IMG/VR virus record: IMGVR_UViG_3300027847_001698
Strand: one strand, 5' to 3'
DNA length: 64,000 bases
From: a virus
Taxonomy: Duplodnaviria; Caudoviricetes
Positions 57,360-64,000 of this stretch are shown piece after piece. The position numbers and the translations under genes were made by a program. Position 1 is the first letter of the stretch. The number at the start of each line of letters is the position of its first letter. The notes beneath the pieces were generated by a model. It ran no database searches, was not told the DNA's origin, and worked only from the letters and a program-made list of their open reading frames with translations.

Positions 57360-57866
57360 ATGATTGAATATAAGAAAGTTTTAGCTCCTGTAGATACTAC
57401 AACTACAACTTCTCTGGAAATAGCTAATAATACATCCAGAACATTTTCTAGAAGTTTAGAAGGAGCAGATAATATTTATGTAGACTTCTCCTCTATTATT
57501 TCACCCGAGGGAGATTTTAAAAGGCTATCCGGTATCAACGTTTTAATAAACTCTATCAGAAATTTATTAATGACACCTATTGGGACATATCCATTTAATC
57601 CGTTATATGGATCAAATTTATATAAGAAGATATTTGATCTGGCCGATAATGATACTGAAGATGAAATTATAGCAGAAGTAGTAGACAGGATTAGAGAATG
57701 GGATGATAGACTTGAAATAACTGATGTTGATACTGGATTCTTTTCTAATAGGAAAGGATTTCGATTATCTATAACTATCCAAACAGGAGAAGAGACTGCC
57801 TCTACATCTCTTGACTTTATAGAATCGTATACAGACTTATTTACAGACTTACACGGAGAAGCATAA
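57360..57866 (+). CDS. Baseplate wedge gp25-like protein
   Basis: SIRNLLMTPIG.YPFNP.YGS.L...FD and WDDR motifs. Confidence 0.9.
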   Translation: MIEYKKVLAPVDTTTTTSLEIANNTSRTFSRSLEGADNIYVDFSSIISPEGDFKRLSGINVLINSIRNLLMTPIGTYPFNPLYGSNLYKKIFDLADNDTEDEIIAEVVDRIREWDDRLEITDVDTGFFSNRKGFRLSITIQTGEETASTSLDFIESYTDLFTDLHGEA

Positions 57867-58516
57867 TGCAAAATTGGTTAAGGCTTCAACACTATCCCGC
57901 TGATTATTTAAATCTCGTATACAGGTATTATGCAGCTCATGGTGTTTCCTATATTTGTAACTATTATCACTTGGATCTCCCTAGCAGCACGGCAGATCTC
58001 GAAGTGTTAGATTCAGGAGCATATGAAGTATTGGGAGAATTATCTGGATATTGTTGGGAGAAGATTACACTACTACCTATCTATAACACAGAACAGATTC
58101 AGCCAGTATTTGAAGCAGATGAACGAGGATTTGGTAAATTCAATCAATCATCAAGTCTTAACTTTCCTACTCTATATAACATTCAGCCTACTGCTACTGA
58201 TTTCATTCAATTTGTAGAACCAAAATTAAACGAGAGCGATGCTCCTTCAATTGATAGTCCTTTATATAGAGTGGTAAATTTTGAGAAGGCAACTAATTCA
58301 TTTTTCTCTTTCTGGAAATTAAGTTTACAAGTTAGTGAATTTACACTAACAAAATTAGAAAAACAACTTAGAGCAATTTTTTCATTTGTCGATTATGAAA
58401 AACAAATATATGATATTGACACTGCAACATTAATATATAGATTGTTAGATAAAAATCAAACATCTAAGGTTAAAGACTATTATAATGAACGAATTGGATT
58501 CTATTTTAACTCATGA
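57866..58516 (+). CDS. Putative virion structural protein (neck-like)
   Basis: 216 aa inside the tail block. Confidence 0.55.
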   Translation: MQNWLRLQHYPADYLNLVYRYYAAHGVSYICNYYHLDLPSSTADLEVLDSGAYEVLGELSGYCWEKITLLPIYNTEQIQPVFEADERGFGKFNQSSSLNFPTLYNIQPTATDFIQFVEPKLNESDAPSIDSPLYRVVNFEKATNSFFSFWKLSLQVSEFTLTKLEKQLRAIFSFVDYEKQIYDIDTATLIYRLLDKNQTSKVKDYYNERIGFYFNS

Positions 58517-58664
58517 CTAATTGTTCATATATCGCAAAAGATATTAATACTAATAAACAAAGAAGAATGGATTATTCTATAATATTTAATGGAAAATCTT
58601 CCCCTAAGATAAAGCTAGAATATGGTTATTAATCATAAAACTAATCTGAGAACAAATATTTAAA

Positions 58665-61466
58665 ATGGCCCTATTTAAAGATAACGATATAAAGATCTTC
58701 AGTTCTAGAGAAGAGATAAGGAATCAGCTTGTAGAGGAGGCTAAAAACTATTTAGAACTATCTAATGTTGACCTGACTAATACTAGTTTTATGTCATACA
58801 TTATAAATATACTATCCATTCTGTCCGCCAATCAAATGTTTTATAGTTCTACGTTATATAGAGAATTCTTTTTAACTCAAGCTCAAATACAAGAGTCAGT
58901 ATATAACTTATCGAAATGGATAGGATATACCATACCCCAAGCCACTCCTTCAAATATCAATGTATTATTTACACTACCTTTGCAATTTAATGATCCCCAC
59001 GTAAACTTAGTTTTCCCAACTGATTTTCAAGTACGAGCTGGAGATGTAGCATTCACATTAGACACCAGCTTTGTTTTAAATGGAACTTTAGTATCTGGGA
59101 CAGAAGAAGATCTTCGTGCCCAAATAGCAAGTATGATCGCTAATGGAGTTCAAACTGAAATATTAAATAACCGAATTGTATCTGTACGAAATGCAACTAC
59201 TGGTTTCTTATATCCAGTAGAAATAAATATTGGTGACGGAGGAGATACTGCATCAGCATCATTCGTTTTACCATTTAGTCAAATAGTTAAAGAATATAGA
59301 TCATTTACAATTCCTGACGATTTGGAATTTTATCAATTCTTTACAAAACGCTTAACTAATCTTGATGGTCAAGTTAGTGAGTTAACTATTTATGTAATTC
59401 CTCCAGAAATAGACATGACAGATGTATCAACTGTTACAGACATAGAATCTAAATTAACGGAAGATCAAAAAACTGAATACCTATGGACTGAAGCAATTTC
59501 TGGGCTATATACTTTAAACCAAGGAGATAAATCATTCATAAGCACAAACTTTGATGGTGAATCCGAAATACTCTTTGGAAATGGAATTATTGGTGAACAA
59601 CCAACTAGAGCTTCAACAATTGCAATAATTGTATCATTAACTAAAGGCGAAAAAGGAAATGTAATTCCTGCTTCAATTACTTCATCAGATAGTCTATTCT
59701 ATGAAAATGATAATAATAGAGTCCAACGGGTAAAACTGACCACAGTAAATACTGAACCTGCTACTGGAGGAAAAGATACTCCATCCTTATCAGAAATTAA
59801 AAGTGCAGCAATAACCAATCTCACCAGCAAAGGTAGACTCGTATCAGAGTTTGACTATGACGATTTTAATATTATTGCTCCTAATGTACCTATTAAAAAA
59901 ACGAAACCTATTCTAAAACGAAGCGATTTAAAAACAAACGAAATTTCGGTATTTTCTGAGCTCATATATAACAATCCAGAAAACGCAAATGGGGCGGCTG
60001 AAATCGTACCAACTAGAAATCTCCCCTATGTGTTTGATAGTACAAGTTTCTTTGTCCCTAGGGGTGCTACAATTCCTAATCATGATGATTTTGAATCAGC
60101 ATTCAATATGATTATTGATTTAACATCGCTACAAGCTAGTTATGAATATATCTTAAGAGAAGTTACAATTACTTCTGCTTTAGAAAGTAGTGATCCGACA
60201 TATAATCCTCTTGTATTTTTAAATATTCCTTCAGTCAAATTTACATCAACTGTTGATCCAAATGATACTAATATTATCAATATAGATATCTATACAAATG
60301 CAAACCATACGCCCACAACTAATGTTACTCAATTCAGAGCAAATCTAATTACTACATTTGATAATGCAAAGTATTCAATGACAACTGAATTAGATACTGA
60401 AGATGTTACAAAGGTTAATGGATTTAGTTATCAATTCTTTGACTTCTTAAACTTTCCTAGAAACTCTGTTCAATTCAAAGTATTAGTGGAAGGACTTATT
60501 CCGTACAGCCAGATTACAATGGAAGATAAAATCGCATTAGGAATTGAAAGCGATACATCTCAACCATCAAAATGGATTACATTAACTACTCATACTGCAG
60601 ATGTAATCATTAGAAAAGATTTAAGTGATTTCATGTTTAGTTCAATAACGGAGACTGATGGAGTAACAACAGTACATAACGTTCCAACTATACTCTCATC
60701 TTATATAACTCAAGAAAATTTCAATGTAGATAATTTTGAATTGGCTGTATTTCAGAAACTTATTGGTAATCTAAAAATTAACTCAATTCGAATGTTAACA
60801 GATTTTCTCAATATTAAGTTTGCAGATACAATTGGCAAGTTGACTAACATGAAATATAATGCCATTGCATCAACAAAGATAATATCCAGAAGTTTAACTG
60901 AAGTTCCTAATACTCCAGTAATAAATGATACATATATTGTAAATGGAACAGAAGGAATTGATATATTCAGTCAAGACTGGAATACACATAAAAATGAACT
61001 GGCACAATGGAACGGTAACAGTTGGATATTTATAAAACCATCATTCGATGAGTTTATTCAAATAGTTAATCCATTAAATACAAGTGATCCAGATCAAAAC
61101 AAAAAATTACAATGGACAGGAATAAGTTGGGTTGAACCAATATTTGATATTCCGTTTAATGTATCTTTAAAAATTAACAAAGATCCTGATATAGCAATAT
61201 CTTCTTCAGCATTAGAAGCTAACATAAAAACAGCATTACTAGATAATTTTGCATCAAAATTTGGTATGGATGTTGATATTGATAGATCGGAAATTGTAAA
61301 AGTTGCTAGAGGGGTATTAGGTGTTCGATTTGTAGAAATTATTGGCCCAGAAATAGATATTAGATTCAACTATAAAATAGATGATCTTGTGTTTGCTGAT
61401 CTATTAGATTATACACCTCAATTAGTAGCATTCACATCAGATTCAATATCCATTACCATTATATAA
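58665..61466 (+). CDS. Baseplate wedge gp6-like protein
   Basis: IR..L...Y...D..S....I.IL...E.FL..AQ...SV..L...IGY N-terminus; GNG..G, GGKD, RLVS..DY. Confidence 0.9.
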   Translation: MALFKDNDIKIFSSREEIRNQLVEEAKNYLELSNVDLTNTSFMSYIINILSILSANQMFYSSTLYREFFLTQAQIQESVYNLSKWIGYTIPQATPSNINVLFTLPLQFNDPHVNLVFPTDFQVRAGDVAFTLDTSFVLNGTLVSGTEEDLRAQIASMIANGVQTEILNNRIVSVRNATTGFLYPVEINIGDGGDTASASFVLPFSQIVKEYRSFTIPDDLEFYQFFTKRLTNLDGQVSELTIYVIPPEIDMTDVSTVTDIESKLTEDQKTEYLWTEAISGLYTLNQGDKSFISTNFDGESEILFGNGIIGEQPTRASTIAIIVSLTKGEKGNVIPASITSSDSLFYENDNNRVQRVKLTTVNTEPATGGKDTPSLSEIKSAAITNLTSKGRLVSEFDYDDFNIIAPNVPIKKTKPILKRSDLKTNEISVFSELIYNNPENANGAAEIVPTRNLPYVFDSTSFFVPRGATIPNHDDFESAFNMIIDLTSLQASYEYILREVTITSALESSDPTYNPLVFLNIPSVKFTSTVDPNDTNIINIDIYTNANHTPTTNVTQFRANLITTFDNAKYSMTTELDTEDVTKVNGFSYQFFDFLNFPRNSVQFKVLVEGLIPYSQITMEDKIALGIESDTSQPSKWITLTTHTADVIIRKDLSDFMFSSITETDGVTTVHNVPTILSSYITQENFNVDNFELAVFQKLIGNLKINSIRMLTDFLNIKFADTIGKLTNMKYNAIASTKIISRSLTEVPNTPVINDTYIVNGTEGIDIFSQDWNTHKNELAQWNGNSWIFIKPSFDEFIQIVNPLNTSDPDQNKKLQWTGISWVEPIFDIPFNVSLKINKDPDIAISSSALEANIKTALLDNFASKFGMDVDIDRSEIVKVARGVLGVRFVEIIGPEIDIRFNYKIDDLVFADLLDYTPQLVAFTSDSISITII

Positions 61467-61472
61467 TAAACC

Positions 61473-62621
61473 ATGCCTAACATATCCTACATTCGAAAAT
61501 TAGATGCACCTAACAACACTTCTAAGGACGATATAATTGCTATACTTGATGCAGCTAAACTTCATAGATTAATTTTAAAGAAAGTAGCTAATGAGCTTCA
61601 ATTCTTGATTCAGGAATGCTACTATCCACGTGTTGCGGATATACACAAAGAACTTCTACATGTAACTAAATCTAATGAAGCTGATCTATTAGCATATTCT
61701 AAAGCTAAATACAGAAATCCAAAATGGAAGAAAGTAGATCCTAAACTTCTGCATGATGCTCAAACTGTTTTACTTGTATTAATTTGTCAAGACTTTACAA
61801 TCAAAAAAGATTCCGCCGCTGGTCTAGCTACATTAAATCTTTTAGCATTAAGATTCTATACTAATACAATGTATAAGTTTATAAAATACTGTAACCCAGA
61901 TTATTTTAGAGCAGCCATTAGTAGGTTATCACATAATCATTTATTTACGACCAAAAAAACAATTGGGGAAGCCGTATTATATTTATCGGGTCAAGTCTAT
62001 AAGAAGTTCCAAAAGGGTCTATCTAATGATGATCCTGTAGAAATTATTGATATGATATATGTACTACGTGGAAGAATTAACCAATCAGTTAGGAGCTTCG
62101 CTAATAAGTATTATGACATTGCGAAAGATGGCGGAGCATCAAGATTAACAAAAGAAGATCTTCCAGAAGAACAAACCACAGATAAAAAATTAAGAATAGA
62201 AGCTGGAAGAATTGCTAAAGAAATTACTATCTATAGAGCCGTAGATACTAGTGCCATTAAATTATCTCAGCAAATTACCAAATTTAATAGACGGTTAGCT
62301 AAAGAATATTCAAATACTTTAACTAATACTAAATACACGGAGAATCTAGAATTACTAATATTCTTGTTATTACGAGAAACTCCTAGTGTACATATGCCAC
62401 AAAATGACTATGCAAAAATAGTCAAAAAACTAATGGCAATAAAGAAAAGTACAAAACCTGTGTACTTTAAAAAGGTCCTAATTCAAGTACATAATCAACT
62501 TAACCAAGATTTAGGTTATGTTGAAAAATTCGATAAACTCTCTTCTCAATCGAAGCATATTTCAAGGAGCTATTTAGCATATTATATTGCTATGCTTGTT
62601 TATAATCATTTCAGCAATTAA
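61473..62621 (+). CDS. Hypothetical protein
   Basis: 382-aa basic helical ORF. Confidence 0.7.
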   Translation: MPNISYIRKLDAPNNTSKDDIIAILDAAKLHRLILKKVANELQFLIQECYYPRVADIHKELLHVTKSNEADLLAYSKAKYRNPKWKKVDPKLLHDAQTVLLVLICQDFTIKKDSAAGLATLNLLALRFYTNTMYKFIKYCNPDYFRAAISRLSHNHLFTTKKTIGEAVLYLSGQVYKKFQKGLSNDDPVEIIDMIYVLRGRINQSVRSFANKYYDIAKDGGASRLTKEDLPEEQTTDKKLRIEAGRIAKEITIYRAVDTSAIKLSQQITKFNRRLAKEYSNTLTNTKYTENLELLIFLLLRETPSVHMPQNDYAKIVKKLMAIKKSTKPVYFKKVLIQVHNQLNQDLGYVEKFDKLSSQSKHISRSYLAYYIAMLVYNHFSN

Positions 62622-63925
62622 GTAGTATTAAACAAGCCAGGATTTGAATTAACAAGCCCATTACCTCGGGCAATTTGTGCCGGCGTCACTCTGGCAGATG
62701 TATCATTTCTAGTACCAGTACTACTTACTCTGGATATTGAGCTCGGTTTAGTAGCCAACACAATACTAGCCTCATCATCAAGAGCAGAATCAATGTGGAA
62801 TTGTTTATCAGGATAATCATCCCCACCATAATTTATCCAATGAGGAGGACTCTCTTGTGCACCGTCTGACCACCCCTTACATGCCCCAAATTCATTTAAG
62901 TAATCTAATACCGTAGGGGTATCTGTTTTTATACCATGTGCAGCTTTAGTAACATTAACCATCGTGTCATATAAACTACCAATTTCAACTGTAACATCTA
63001 CAATACCGGGACGTTGATTATATGCAATATGATTATCGTCTCCACCCTTTGTAACTGTTACAGTTTTTATGTACGCTGCCTTCAAATTAAATAATCCAGC
63101 GATTCTGGCACCACACAACCAAGGCCAGAAGAATGTATGCCCATCAACACTCCTTGGTGTAACGAACATCATAAGGGTAGCTAATGGGGCAGTTATATAT
63201 TTGTGTGTCATATCGCTATCGTTAGGATACGGATTATATAATCTGATCTGTGCTCTATATGATGGAGACCACCCTGAAGATTTCCAAATATGGGGAAAGT
63301 CTAATTTATGACCCATAAGTACCCCTGACACAGCATTACCAATTGTTTTGGCTTGACCCGAAACTCCACTATTTTTTAATCTTGAATCTAAAGACTCTCC
63401 CCATCCTGTTAAAGTTCCTGACAGGGCATCTGGTAATAGTTCTGAAAGTGTCTTCAATCCTTGTCCTGCTGTTTCTGTTCCTGTTGCAAATGTAAACTCT
63501 CTAACTGCTTTAGATGCAGCATCTGTACTACTAGCAAACATACTTTCTTCATAATCATTACTATATGATTCAGTAGGAGGATTGTTATTTAATGTTGCAT
63601 ATTTAAGTGTATTCTGTGATGTTCCATTGCCTTTCAATATTATGTTATATGTATCTTTAAGATGCTGTCTAAATGAAGGTTTAACATCTGTTCCACCATC
63701 CATTGCAGCAGTAAGTCTGTAAAATTCTGATCCAGAATGTGATAATCTAGGAGTTTTTGGACTAAGTTCTAATATAGGAAGAGTGTCTATAATCGCATCA
63801 TCAGGAGTTGGTCCTTTGGCATCCATACCCATTATTCTTCCGTCTAAAGGCGGGAGACCTAATGGTATATTATTATTAAGAATAATCTCTTTTGCACCGA
63901 GTCCTGATTCTGTTATTGACGCCAT
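62618..63925 (-). CDS. Tail tube initiator/baseplate cap (gp48/gp54-like)
   Basis: DFPHIWKSS...SY...IRL, P.L......GLF......I..V.V.KG. Confidence 0.65.
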   Translation of the reverse strand: MASITESGLGAKEIILNNNIPLGLPPLDGRIMGMDAKGPTPDDAIIDTLPILELSPKTPRLSHSGSEFYRLTAAMDGGTDVKPSFRQHLKDTYNIILKGNGTSQNTLKYATLNNNPPTESYSNDYEESMFASSTDAASKAVREFTFATGTETAGQGLKTLSELLPDALSGTLTGWGESLDSRLKNSGVSGQAKTIGNAVSGVLMGHKLDFPHIWKSSGWSPSYRAQIRLYNPYPNDSDMTHKYITAPLATLMMFVTPRSVDGHTFFWPWLCGARIAGLFNLKAAYIKTVTVTKGGDDNHIAYNQRPGIVDVTVEIGSLYDTMVNVTKAAHGIKTDTPTVLDYLNEFGACKGWSDGAQESPPHWINYGGDDYPDKQFHIDSALDDEASIVLATKPSSISRVSSTGTRNDTSARVTPAQIARGNGLVNSNPGLFNTT

Positions 63926-64000
63926 TATCTTACTCCTGTTCCATTAACTACACCAGACATATTAACATCCAAATCTCCATCTGTAGGAGCTGAAGTAGTA
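63925..64000 (-). CDS. 3' end of an upstream gene (partial)
   Basis: ...TTSAPTDGDLDVNMSGVVNGTGVR*; TAATG overlap with the next start. Confidence 0.55.
   Translation of the reverse strand, partial: TTSAPTDGDLDVNMSGVVNGTGVR

Noticed and set aside
1-64000. CRISPR array or cas genes
   Set aside because: No series of regularly spaced repeats seen; the 32-bp repeat occurs only twice, 1.1 kb apart.
1-64000. Stop-codon reassignment (TAG or TGA read as sense)
   Set aside because: Long ORFs (1073, 933, 818 aa) are intact in code 11, and genes end naturally in TAG (8866, 12554, 19700, 21938, 42825) and TGA (6633, 28949, 57156).

Overview
This window is part of an AT-rich jumbo myophage genome with a distantly T4-like tail. 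Bases 1-42.2 kb are an almost entirely minus-strand accessory block. It holds many small hypothetical genes, 14 well-formed tRNA genes, 4 degenerate tRNA-like elements, a tmRNA, and DNA repair/nuclease genes (DnaQ-like, DenV-like, two HNH, LigD-like primase-polymerase). It also carries host-like metabolic genes: IscA-family, 7Fe ferredoxin and a homocysteine S-methyltransferase. A ~14 kb glycan-biosynthesis island spans 28.0-41.8 kb. Bases 43-47.7 kb include an AAA ATPase and vWA/metallopeptidase pair. Bases 47.9-64 kb are the tail module: baseplate, sheath, tube, gp26-like, gp25-like, gp6-like and gp48/54-like genes. The main leads are: (1) a GC-rich methyltransferase gene between perfect 32-bp direct repeats; (2) a two-branch glycosylation system with CMP-sugar and GDP-deoxysugar arms and a 1073-aa multi-domain glycosyltransferase; (3) a probable programmed frameshift after the gp26-like gene; (4) a 58-nt copy of the sheath gene 3' end 46 kb away, upstream of an unannotated lipoprotein; (5) several non-canonical structured RNAs among the tRNAs; (6) two recurring promoter-like motifs. 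All family assignments come from motif recognition by eye; no database searches were run.
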